Numbered from the stretch's first letter, positions 50,389 through 59,018 are shown. The stretch is DNA of 64,000 bases from an uncultured Bacilli bacterium (GCA_905236715.1 CAJOMQ010000004.1:82900-146899), one strand, 5' to 3'. Numbers and translations: made by a program. Notes: generated by a model not told the origin, from the sequence alone.

Positions 50389-50523
50389 ATGAAACGTACA
50401 TATCAACCAAGTAAAATCAAACACGCTCACAAAGCAGGCTTCCGTGCCAGAATGAGCAGTGCTAATGGTCGCCGTGTCTTAGCTCGCCGTAGAGCTAAAG
50501 GTCGTAAAGTCTTAACTGCCTAA
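50389..50523 (+). CDS. rpmH: 50S ribosomal protein L34 (not in ORF track)
   Basis: My translation: [44 protein letters not shown], which is canonical L34. Confidence 0.97.
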   Translation: MKRTYQPSKIKHAHKAGFRARMSSANGRRVLARRRAKGRKVLTA

Positions 50524-50535
50524 TCGGAGACTTAA

Positions 50536-50874
50536 ATGAAAGTCATTAATCGAATAAAAGCGAATGAAGATTTCGCTAAAACGATTAAAAATGGAAAGAC
50601 ATATTATTGCAAATCCTATCGTGTTCACGTCGTGGATAATGAAATAGGACATACTCGCATAGGTATATCTGTTTCAAAAAAGATTGGAAATGCAGTAGTG
50701 CGTAATCGTGTCAAAAGACAAATTAGAGCCATTTGCGATAGTGTCATAGATTATGACAAGCAGGCTCTAGATATTGTTATCATAGCTAGAAGTGAATTTT
50801 TGCAAAAAACATTCGCTGATAACAAATCACAATTTACAGATCTAGTTAACTTACAGGTAGGGTTAAATAAATGA
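50536..50874 (+). CDS. rnpA: RNase P protein component
   Basis: 112 aa with the VSKKIGNAVVRNRVKRQIR (RNR) motif, in the conserved position after rpmH. Its TGA stop overlaps the yidC ATG (ATGA). Confidence 0.93.
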   Translation: MKVINRIKANEDFAKTIKNGKTYYCKSYRVHVVDNEIGHTRIGISVSKKIGNAVVRNRVKRQIRAICDSVIDYDKQALDIVIIARSEFLQKTFADNKSQFTDLVNLQVGLNK

Positions 50875-52418
50875 AAAAAGGTACAAAAATCGGTTTAGGA
50901 TTTGCCGCTCTTGCTTTAGGCGCGGTGGTTTTGACTGGGTGTACAAACTCTTTCTGCTCAAAAACAGATAAAGCGCATATTTTATACGCTTTTGATCACG
51001 GTGTTTCTTTATATTACGATACCGTAGAAGATGCCGAAGAAATTAGCAATCTTGTTAATTCTGGCTATCAATCCTATGTTGTTAATACAAACGTCACTGC
51101 AGTAGCATCGTTTGATGTTGCTCCCACTTTGAAAACCATCATTGATAACGCCAAAAAGAGTTCTTACGCCACACCCACCCTCGACTATTACATTGAATTT
51201 GATAAAAAAGTATTAGACCTCGCCTTAAAAGCCTATAACGAAAGTGAAGACGAACCTGTTGAATTTGATAATTTGCACGCCGAAGACATTACCGGTGTTC
51301 ACAAGAATAACAACCAAGAAATTCTTACTGCTGGCTTGTTAGATCAATATGGATTTTTAAAATTCTATGAAAAATCAGATGAAAAACAATCAGATAAAAT
51401 TTGGGTCAAATGGGCTTCTATCAACAACAGTATCCGCATGGAAGGAGTGGTTGATATTGATGAATGTCCCACAACTGACTTTGTGTCATATTATCAATCA
51501 CAAATGAATTCACGCACGAATGCCTATCGTTCATGTATCGCGTTAAACGATGGTTATTATGGTAACTACGGTAGTAATGGAGACAAAACAAAAGTCTTTA
51601 TTTCTGGAAAAAACTGGGGTTATGCATGGAAAACAGGACCATTATCTGGTTTATTAGTTTACCCCATCGGTGCGGCGATTGACTGGCTAACATCCTCCAT
51701 GATTGGTGGTGTTGGTACAGGTTGGGCGCAATTAATTGCTATTTTAATCGTCACCGTTGTGGTGAGAGGTTTATTGCTTTTAGCAACATTTAAGCAAACC
51801 GCTGCTAATAGTAAAATGCAAGCTTTGCAACCAGAACTCGCGAAGATTCAAGCAAAATATCCTAATTCCAACACGAACAATTATGATAAGCAAAGATTAG
51901 CGGAAGAAACATCCAAATTATACAAAAAACACGGCATAAACCCCTTAGGTTCTTTGTTAATAATGTTTATTCAATTCCCCGTCTTTATTTGTGTTTGGGG
52001 TGCTATGCAAGGTAGTGCTTGGCTATCCTCTGATGCTGTCTTGGGTTTACACCTTTCTGATTCAATTAGCAGTGTTTTAACAACTTGGTCTAACTGGAGT
52101 CATGCGGCCTCCACTGGTGTTATTACTGCTTTAATTTTGTTCTTAGTTATGTCGGGTGCACAAGTTGTGGCTATGTTGCTCCCTCAATGGTTGCAAAAGA
52201 GCAAAATGAAAAAAGTACAAAAATTAGGGAAAAACCCCGCACAAAAAGAAAGCACAAACAAAATGAAATGGTTCACCTATATCATGATGATTATGATTAT
52301 AATCATGGGCTTCTCTCTTGCTTCCGCGATGGTGGTTTATTGGTTGGTTGGTGCTTTAATTTCAATTGCGCAAACCTTAATCACCAACGCCTATATGGAA
52401 AAGAAAAAGAAAAAATAG
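50871..52418 (+). CDS. yidC: membrane protein insertase YidC, lipoprotein form with a large extra N-terminal domain
   Basis: Lipobox VLTGC at residues 21-24. The conserved insertase core starts at about residue 255 (PIGAAIDWL, MQALQPELAKIQAKY, PLGSLLIMFIQFPVF). Basic C-terminal tail. Confidence 0.9.
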   Translation: MKKGTKIGLGFAALALGAVVLTGCTNSFCSKTDKAHILYAFDHGVSLYYDTVEDAEEISNLVNSGYQSYVVNTNVTAVASFDVAPTLKTIIDNAKKSSYATPTLDYYIEFDKKVLDLALKAYNESEDEPVEFDNLHAEDITGVHKNNNQEILTAGLLDQYGFLKFYEKSDEKQSDKIWVKWASINNSIRMEGVVDIDECPTTDFVSYYQSQMNSRTNAYRSCIALNDGYYGNYGSNGDKTKVFISGKNWGYAWKTGPLSGLLVYPIGAAIDWLTSSMIGGVGTGWAQLIAILIVTVVVRGLLLLATFKQTAANSKMQALQPELAKIQAKYPNSNTNNYDKQRLAEETSKLYKKHGINPLGSLLIMFIQFPVFICVWGAMQGSAWLSSDAVLGLHLSDSISSVLTTWSNWSHAASTGVITALILFLVMSGAQVVAMLLPQWLQKSKMKKVQKLGKNPAQKESTNKMKWFTYIMMIMIIIMGFSLASAMVVYWLVGALISIAQTLITNAYMEKKKKK

Positions 52419-52439
52419 GCTTAACCAAAAGGAGATATT

Positions 52440-53039
52440 ATGAAATCTTATACAGGTAAAACAGTAGAAGAAGCCTTGGAAGAAGCTTCAAAAGAATTAG
52501 GTATTGCTGTTGATGAATTGATTTATTCAGTCAGCGATAAAAAGAAAGGTATCTTTAATAAAAAACTTATTGTTGATGTCTATGATCTTTCCGACGTTAT
52601 TAAATACGCTGAAGATTATATCTTAAACGTCACCGATTCTCTCGGTATTGAAAGTTCAGTCAATTCTCGTTTAGATGATGACATCATCCGCATTACCATT
52701 GATTCCACACACAACCCCATTTTAATTGGTAAAAACGGTAAGACATTACAAGCTTTAAACGAATTAGTAAAACTTGCCACATCTAATTATTTCAAAAAGA
52801 GATTTAGAATCTTATTAGACATCAATGGTTATAAAGATAACAAATACGATCGTCTAAACCATGTCGCCAGAAAATGTGCACGTGAAGTACAAAAGACAAA
52901 GGCCACATATACCTTTGATCCAATGCCGGCGGATGAAAGAAGAGCCATTCATAACGCTTGTAGTGGAATGAATCACATCCGCACCGAATCCATTGGCGAA
53001 GGAACACACCGCCAAGTCCAAATTATTTACGTTGAATAA
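52440..53039 (+). CDS. jag: Jag/KhpB RNA-binding protein (Jag_N, KH, R3H)
   Basis: MKSYTGKTVEEALEEASKELG is the Jag_N part, IGKNGKTLQALNEL is KH-like, and ADERRAIHNAC is the R3H motif. Conserved position after yidC. Confidence 0.9.
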   Translation: MKSYTGKTVEEALEEASKELGIAVDELIYSVSDKKKGIFNKKLIVDVYDLSDVIKYAEDYILNVTDSLGIESSVNSRLDDDIIRITIDSTHNPILIGKNGKTLQALNELVKLATSNYFKKRFRILLDINGYKDNKYDRLNHVARKCAREVQKTKATYTFDPMPADERRAIHNACSGMNHIRTESIGEGTHRQVQIIYVE

Positions 53040-53048
53040 TTTATAAAT

Positions 53049-53069
53049 GCACCCAATCGGGTGCTTTTT
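53049..53069 (+). terminator. rho-independent terminator after jag
   Basis: Stem gcaccc(53049-53054)/gggtgc(53059-53064), loop aatc, then ttttt. Confidence 0.7.
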
Positions 53070-53076
53070 GAAAAGT

Positions 53077-54398
53077 ATGTTTGAAACAATTGTTGCTTTA
53101 GCTACACCGCCAATGAAATCCGCTTTAGCCGTCGTCAGATTGTCTGGTGATGATTGTTTTGAAGTTGTTTCAAAATGTTTTTCTAAAAGCATCTTAAATA
53201 TTGATAAAAGAACCTTGTTAGTGGGCTCAATTGTCGACGGTGATAAAAAGATTGATGATGTTGTCTTATGCGCTTATAAAGGGCCTAAGAGTTTTACTGG
53301 TGAAGATAGTGTTGAAATTATCTGCCATGGCTCGACTTTAATATCACATCAAATAATTGAAATTTTATTGCAAAAAGGCGCTCGATTAGCCACGAATGGC
53401 GAATTTTCTTCTCGTTCATTTCTCCATCAAAAGATCGATTTAATTCAAGCCGAAGCCATTAATGATGCGATTAACGCTACCACGAAAGAAGCCAAAGATT
53501 TATCGATGTTATCTTTATCTGGAGAAACCAGTAAATTAATCGTTCCTATTAAAACCAAATTAGCGGACATCATGTCTTTAATTGAAGTCAATATCGATTA
53601 CCCTGAATATCAAGATATTGAAGTAGCTAATAAAGATATGATTGTGTCATATTGTGATGAAATTAATTCTTCCATCGATAAATTAATCAAAGAAGGCGAA
53701 CAGGCCCGCATTATTAAAGACGGTATTAAAGTGGCAATTGTTGGTAAACCAAATGTTGGTAAATCATCTTTGTTAAATGCTTTAATCGGTGAAGAAAAAG
53801 CCATTGTTACTGATATTGCCGGAACCACCAGAGATGTCGTTGAAGGTGAAATTAATTTAAAAGGTATTGTTTTACATCTATTAGATACTGCAGGTATTAA
53901 GAAGACAAAGTGGAATCTATTGGTGTGGAACGTTCGAAAAAAACATTAAAAGAAGCTGAATTAGTCATTGTTGTTTTAGATGGTAGTGGGACTTTAGAAA
54001 ACGAAGATAAACAAATCTTAGAAATGACAGAAAATATGAATCGTATTATTGTCTATAACAAAGCGGATAAAATCAAAAACAAAGATGATAAAAACATCTA
54101 TATTTCCGCGTTAAAGAACGATATTTCACCTTTAGTAAAAGAGATATATAAAAACATTGGTTTAGATGAACAAGCTTTCTCTCGGCCCGCTTTAAACAAC
54201 GCTAGACAAATTGGCTTATTAAAAAGAGCGAAAGAATCTTTATTGAAAGCTAAAGAAGATGCACTCAGTGATCTAACAGTGGATTTAATATCTGTTTCTT
54301 TATTAGATGCTTATTCCGCCATATTAGAAATATTAGGAGAAACCAATCAAGTCGATTTGAGTAAGGAAATATTCTCCCGCTTTTGTGTTGGTAAATAA
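53077..54398 (+). pseudogene. mnmE: tRNA modification GTPase MnmE, reading frame broken once near 53908-53910
   Basis: The frame-1 ORF ([12 protein letters not shown]...[14 protein letters not shown]...[11 protein letters not shown]) stops at 53949. Homology continues in the -1 frame from 53910 ([24 protein letters not shown]...FCVGK, the C-terminal CxGK motif). The joined length is about 440 aa, close to normal MnmE. Confidence 0.8.
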
Positions 54399-54399
54399 T

Positions 54400-55188
54400 A
54401 TGATTTTTGATACACATTGCCACCTTAATGACGAAGCCTTATATCATCGTATTGATGAAGTAATGGAAAACGCCAAAAAAGTTGGTGTTAATAAATTCTT
54501 AGTGGTTGGTTGGGATAAAGAATCCTCTCTTTTAGCTATTGATATCGCACATCAATATCCAGAATGCTACGCGGCAATTGGCTTTCACCCTTGTAACATT
54601 GAAGGAGTGAGTGAAGAAGATTTTTTAGATGTCATGTCGCATTTAGATGATCCCAAAGTTGTGGCTTTAGGTGAAATTGGTTTAGATTATCACTGGGTGC
54701 AGGATCCTATCTTAAAAGAGCACCAAAAAGAATGGTTTATTAAACAAATAAAATACGCAAATCTCCATCAAAAGCCTATTTCCATCCACAACAGAGAAGC
54801 CTTTGCGGATTGCTTAAATATTTTAAAAGAGAATCGTCCTTTATATAGTGGGGTGATGCATTGTTATTCCGGTAGTGTGGAATTATTAAAAGATGTTTTA
54901 GATTTAGGTTTATATATTGGTTTAGATGGACCAGTGACATTCACAAACGCAAAAACACCTAAAGAAGTGGCGCAAGATGTTCCTTTAGATAAATTAGTGG
55001 TGGAAACTGATTCCCCATATTTATCGCCACACCCATTAAGAGGCACAGTTAACGAACCAAAAAACATTGCCTTAATCATCGATGAAATCGCTCGCGTTAG
55101 ACAACAATCAAAAAAGCATATTATCGACGCTCTTTATAAAAATAGTTGTCGTTTGTTTGGTATTGAAAATGAAGAAAATCATCAATGA
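54400..55188 (+). CDS. tatD: TatD-family metal-dependent DNase/hydrolase
   Basis: MIFDTHCHLND, GEIGLDYHW, HNREA, HCYSG and ETDSPYL. Confidence 0.9.
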   Translation: MIFDTHCHLNDEALYHRIDEVMENAKKVGVNKFLVVGWDKESSLLAIDIAHQYPECYAAIGFHPCNIEGVSEEDFLDVMSHLDDPKVVALGEIGLDYHWVQDPILKEHQKEWFIKQIKYANLHQKPISIHNREAFADCLNILKENRPLYSGVMHCYSGSVELLKDVLDLGLYIGLDGPVTFTNAKTPKEVAQDVPLDKLVVETDSPYLSPHPLRGTVNEPKNIALIIDEIARVRQQSKKHIIDALYKNSCRLFGIENEENHQ

Positions 55189-55699
55189 TGTCATCGTCGT
55201 GGAAGGCACAGGAGATATAAGCCATCTTTCTACCTATATCGACGCCTTATTTATTCAAACTAATGGTTATGAGATACCAAAAGAAGAAATAGATTTTCTT
55301 ACCCACCTTCCTAAAAATAAAAAAATTATCATTCTTACTGATTCTGATGAAGCAGGAGAAAACATCCGCAAAAGATTAAATTCATTATTAACAAATGTAG
55401 AGAATGTAAGAGCGGATATTGATAAATGCCACAAAAAAGACAAACATGGTGTTGCGGAATGCGAAGAAGATGAGATCCTAAGAGTGTTGTCGCCCTATTT
55501 TACAGATAGCAAACCACAAACTAATTTAACATCTTCCACGTTATTAAAATTAGGAATTGATAGTCAGAAGAAACGTCATTATTTATGTCAACAATTGCAT
55601 TTAGGTAAATGTAATAATAAATCATTATTAAAAAGATTAAATTTTTTGCAAATTGATGAAGGAACAATAAAAGAAGCGCTAAAAGGTTATGGAAATTAA
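55169..55699 (+). CDS. rnmV: ribonuclease M5 (Toprim domain)
   Basis: MKKIINDVIVVEGTGD and IIILTDSDEAGENIR are Toprim motifs. Conserved position between tatD and rsmA. I prefer ATG 55169 over 55082. Confidence 0.85.
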   Translation: MKKIINDVIVVEGTGDISHLSTYIDALFIQTNGYEIPKEEIDFLTHLPKNKKIIILTDSDEAGENIRKRLNSLLTNVENVRADIDKCHKKDKHGVAECEEDEILRVLSPYFTDSKPQTNLTSSTLLKLGIDSQKKRHYLCQQLHLGKCNNKSLLKRLNFLQIDEGTIKEALKGYGN

Positions 55700-56486
55700 T
55701 CGACAAAACATCAACAAAATCATGATGGAATATTATGTCAAACCCGATAAAGATTACGGGCAAAACTTTTTAGTGGAACCGGATATTTGTCAAAAAATCG
55801 TCGACTTATTAGATATTAAAGAAAACGAAAAAATATTAGAAGTGGGACCAGGTATTGGTTCTTTGACACATTTTTTACATCAATCTAGTGGTGATATTTC
55901 CGTCGTAGATATTGACGCAAGAATGATTGATTTTCTTAAAGAAAAATATAAAAAAGGCATTACCTTCATCAATGAAGACATTAGAAAACTAGATGTTTCC
56001 CATTTTGATAAAATTATTGGTAATCTCCCTTATAACATTACAACCGAAACAATTACTTATCTTTTATTAAATGCGCGTCATGCTTCTCGCTTAGTGATTA
56101 TGTGTCAAAGTGAAGCCTTTCCACATTTTAATGATGTTGAAGGAAAAGAATATGGACCAGCATCTGTATTATTACATCTATTAGGTGATTGCCATAAAAA
56201 ATTCACTGTAAAACCCGGTTCTTTTTATCCTGTACCAAAATGTCAATCCACTGTCTTTGTTATTGACATTAATCCATCTAGTAATTTTGATGAAGCCGGG
56301 AAAGTCTATTTATTAGCGAAACAATTATTTTTAAATAGAAGAAAAACTATTTATAACAATCTTAGCCAATATTTAAAAAATAAAGATAAGTCCACCTCTA
56401 TTTTACAAGAATGTCATATCGCTCCTAACACTAGACCAGAGCAAATTTCTCCTGAGAAGTTTTTACAAATATATCGCGCGATATAA
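55689..56486 (+). CDS. rsmA: 16S rRNA (adenine1518/1519-N6)-dimethyltransferase
   Basis: GQNFLVEP, LEVGPGIGSLT and GNLPYNITT. Confidence 0.93.
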   Translation: MEINRQNINKIMMEYYVKPDKDYGQNFLVEPDICQKIVDLLDIKENEKILEVGPGIGSLTHFLHQSSGDISVVDIDARMIDFLKEKYKKGITFINEDIRKLDVSHFDKIIGNLPYNITTETITYLLLNARHASRLVIMCQSEAFPHFNDVEGKEYGPASVLLHLLGDCHKKFTVKPGSFYPVPKCQSTVFVIDINPSSNFDEAGKVYLLAKQLFLNRRKTIYNNLSQYLKNKDKSTSILQECHIAPNTRPEQISPEKFLQIYRAI

Positions 56487-56533
56487 TGGTTTATCTATAT
56501 ATTTATAAGAAAGGAAATTATAATTAGATTGAT

Positions 56534-57388
56534 ATGAGAAAGTTCGTAGTTCGTTGCCCTGCTAAAATTAACATTTGTTTAAATGTGGTTGGTAAACAAG
56601 ATGATGGTTACCATCAACTTGATATGGTGATTTTACCTCTTGCGATGCATGACAGCATGCTTTTTGAACGTCTTAAAAAAGACGAAGATAATTTCGTCAC
56701 CGTTGATGATTATTCAATGGGCCCAATCACTTATAATTTGGCCTCCAAAGCCATTCAAGTTTTAAAAGAAGAAAAACCTTTCGATGATTCTTTCCGTGTC
56801 ACCATTCATAAAGTTATCCCCATGCAATCTGGTTTAGGTGGCGGTTCTTCTAACGCTGCGTCCACTCTAGTGGCCCTTAATGATCGTTTAAAATTAGGTT
56901 GTGACCAAGAAGAATTAATTAAAATTGGTAAAAATTTAGGCGCGGATATTCCTTTCTTCATCATGGGTAAACCAGCGAGATGCCGTGGTATTGGCGAACA
57001 ACTAGATTTTATTAATATTAAAAATGATTATTACGTTTTAATTGTTAAACCTAATGAGGGTTGTTCCACCAAAGGTGTCTATGAAGTTTCTGATCAAATG
57101 GAGTTGCCAGTTGGTAATGTTGAAAATGTCATCGAAGCTTTAGAAAAAGGTGATGATGAATTATTAGCAAAATCTATCTTTAACGCTTTAGAAAAACCCG
57201 CGATTTCTTTGGTGCCAGAAATTGCTGTTATCAAACAAAGATTATTTGATGAAGGATTAAAAATAGTGCAAATGACTGGTTCTGGTTCCGCTGTTTTTGC
57301 CTTATCAACCGATAAAAAAGCCCTCTTGAACGTTGCTAAAAAAATAGAAGACAAATATTTAGTGGAAGTAACAAAAGTCTTAAAATAA
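56534..57388 (+). CDS. ispE: 4-diphosphocytidyl-2-C-methyl-D-erythritol kinase homolog (GHMP)
   Basis: CPAKINICLNVVGKQDDGYHQLD and IPMQSGLGGGSSNAAS. Confidence 0.85.
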   Translation: MRKFVVRCPAKINICLNVVGKQDDGYHQLDMVILPLAMHDSMLFERLKKDEDNFVTVDDYSMGPITYNLASKAIQVLKEEKPFDDSFRVTIHKVIPMQSGLGGGSSNAASTLVALNDRLKLGCDQEELIKIGKNLGADIPFFIMGKPARCRGIGEQLDFINIKNDYYVLIVKPNEGCSTKGVYEVSDQMELPVGNVENVIEALEKGDDELLAKSIFNALEKPAISLVPEIAVIKQRLFDEGLKIVQMTGSGSAVFALSTDKKALLNVAKKIEDKYLVEVTKVLK

Positions 57389-57398
57389 GGAGCTCGTT

Positions 57399-58427
57399 AT
57401 GGATAAATACGTTATGATTTTAGCCGCTGGTAAAGGAACCAGGATGAATTCCCGTGATCCTAACCACTCTAAAGTTTCTTACCCCATTCTTGGCAAAGCT
57501 CTTATCAATTATGTTTTAGATTGTTTAGAAGTGGTGAATGCCAAAGAAACAATCACTGTTGTTGGATTTGGTGGAGAAGCGACCAAAAAATTAGTGGAAG
57601 ATAGAAGCCAAGTAGTCTGGCAAAAAGAAATCTTAGGCACTGGTTATGCCGCTTTAGAATGCGAGCCTTTATTAAAAAATAAAAAAGGTGTCACTTTAGT
57701 GATTGCGGGTGATAAACCTCTTATTAGACCTGAAACTATCAGCGCTATTTTCCATCAATATGAAAAAGAAAATGCCAAATTGATGGTGGTTTCTTCTTAT
57801 TTAGTGGATCCTAAAGGATATGGCCGTATCATTCGTGAAAAACCTTCTTTACGTGTTGTGGCAGTGAGAGAAGAAAAAGACACCGATGAATACGAAAAAG
57901 AAATCCATGAAGTGAATTCTGGTATCTATTTATTTGATAACGAATTACTTTTTAAATATTTGAATAAAGCTTTAGCGACCCGTAAAGGGAAAGAATTTAA
58001 TATTACGGAAATCATCGCCATGATTGTTAATGATGGCTATGTTGTTAATTCTTACGTTGTCGAAGATCCAGTGGAAATCTTTTCCATCAACGACCGCGTT
58101 AATTTAGCATACGCTAGCAAAGTTATTCGTAAAAGAATCAACCGCCAATTAATGCTTTCTGGTGTCTCCATTGAAGACACCGCAACCGCATATATTGGTT
58201 CTGATGTCAAAATTGGTAAAGATACGATTATTTATCCTAACACTACGATTATGGGTAATACCACTATTGGTGAAGGCTGCCGTATTGGCCCAGACGTCCA
58301 TATAAATAATGCCGTTATAGGACACGAAGTGTCTATAATGCAAGCTTGGATTTCTGATACCACGATTGAAGATAATCAAATTGTCGGTCCTTTTGCCAAA
58401 ATAATTGGAAAAGAAGGCAAAATATAA
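57399..58427 (+). CDS. GlmU-like nucleotidyltransferase with shortened left-handed beta-helix (no acetyltransferase C-terminus)
   Basis: ILAAGKGTRM is the N-terminal uridylyltransferase motif, and hexapeptide repeats follow from about residue 250. The protein ends at 342 aa, about 115 aa before the end of canonical GlmU of about 455 aa. Confidence 0.7.
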   Translation: MDKYVMILAAGKGTRMNSRDPNHSKVSYPILGKALINYVLDCLEVVNAKETITVVGFGGEATKKLVEDRSQVVWQKEILGTGYAALECEPLLKNKKGVTLVIAGDKPLIRPETISAIFHQYEKENAKLMVVSSYLVDPKGYGRIIREKPSLRVVAVREEKDTDEYEKEIHEVNSGIYLFDNELLFKYLNKALATRKGKEFNITEIIAMIVNDGYVVNSYVVEDPVEIFSINDRVNLAYASKVIRKRINRQLMLSGVSIEDTATAYIGSDVKIGKDTIIYPNTTIMGNTTIGEGCRIGPDVHINNAVIGHEVSIMQAWISDTTIEDNQIVGPFAKIIGKEGKI

Positions 58428-58678
58428 TGCTAATTATTGAATGCTTTAATCACAACGTTTATATCGATGAAAAACTCGTCGGTTACATTGGCGAAAATGT
58501 CATTTATATCAACGGGAGAAAATTTGCGGATATTACCGATGATGGGAAAATATCTTTTGGCGATAAATATCTCGGCTATATCGATGATGATGGTTCCATT
58601 ATTATAAACAACAAAGAAGTTGGTTATATTGATGGTGATAATAATTTTGTGTTTTACAAAACAATGGCGGGTAAATAA
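58427..58678 (+). CDS. 83-aa repeat miniprotein (four repeats of about 16 aa, x-G-Y-I-D-x-D-G-x-I)
   Basis: Repeats are VGYIGENVIYIN, FADITDDGKISF, LGYIDDDGSIII and VGYIDGDNNFVF, at residues 18, 33, 49 and 65. Its ATG overlaps the upstream TAA (TAATG). It may belong to the family annotated as 4-fold beta flower protein; this is from memory and unverified. Confidence 0.55.
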   Translation: MLIIECFNHNVYIDEKLVGYIGENVIYINGRKFADITDDGKISFGDKYLGYIDDDGSIIINNKEVGYIDGDNNFVFYKTMAGK

Positions 58679-58900
58679 TTAGAAAATTCTCGCGACTTCA
58701 AATCTATTATTGAAATTATAGACATATTCAATATCGTGCTCATCTTTGATGATTTCTTCTTGCACTTGAAAATTATAAAAACCTTCGTCTTCATAATATC
58801 TAAACATGTAATTGATTGCTGCATCTCTGCTAGCAAATTTTTTATTGAATATAATTCTTTTTCCGTTTATCACTCCGGATAGAGTATAGATGTGAGACAT
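58679..58900 (-). CDS. 73-aa hypothetical protein
   Basis: The ORF has a strong SD (aaggagg) 7 nt before the ATG, its own promoter-like elements and a structured leader. I recognise no family. Confidence 0.5.
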   Translation of the reverse strand: MSHIYTLSGVINGKRIIFNKKFASRDAAINYMFRYYEDEGFYNFQVQEEIIKDEHDIEYVYNFNNRFEVARIF

Positions 58901-58901
58901 A

Positions 58902-58948
58902 AGATACCTCCTTAGCGGTTTAACGTCTTGCTTGGGACGGAGGTATCT
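58902..58948 (-). promoter_or_regulatory. SD-sequestering stem-loop in the 5' leader of the 73-aa gene
   Basis: In the minus-strand RNA, AGAUACCUCC (58948-58939) pairs perfectly with GGAGGUAUCU (58911-58902), closing a 27-nt loop. The 3' arm contains the SD and ends 2 nt before the AUG. Confidence 0.6.
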
Positions 58949-58964
58949 CTCTATGTGAGCAAAT

Positions 58965-58992
58965 ATCTTAGCACTTTTTATTTCTTTTGCAA
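58965..58992 (-). promoter_or_regulatory. putative promoter of the 73-aa gene
   Basis: On the minus strand: ttgcaa (58987-58992), a 16-nt spacer, then tgc-taagat (extended -10, 58965-58973). This predicts a leader of about 58 nt. Confidence 0.4.
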
Positions 58993-59018
58993 GAGGCTAA
59001 GAAAAAAATCTAAATACT

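Noticed and set aside
58427-58678. Idea that the 83-aa ORF is the frameshifted remnant of the missing GlmU acetyltransferase C-terminus.
   Set aside because: The repeat period is about 16 residues with a G-Y-I-D-x-D-G signature, not the 6-residue [LIV]-G-x4 hexapeptide of a left-handed beta-helix. The only resemblance, a YIG(D/E) segment, is too short to mean anything.
58901-58958. Assigning the structured leader to a known riboswitch class; guanidine-III, preQ1, SAM-II/V and the NAD-II pnuC motif were considered.
   Set aside because: Only a short CAAGACG string resembles what I recall of the guanidine-III consensus, and the rest does not fit any class I can reconstruct from memory. I left it as an unclassified SD-sequestering element pending a covariance-model search.
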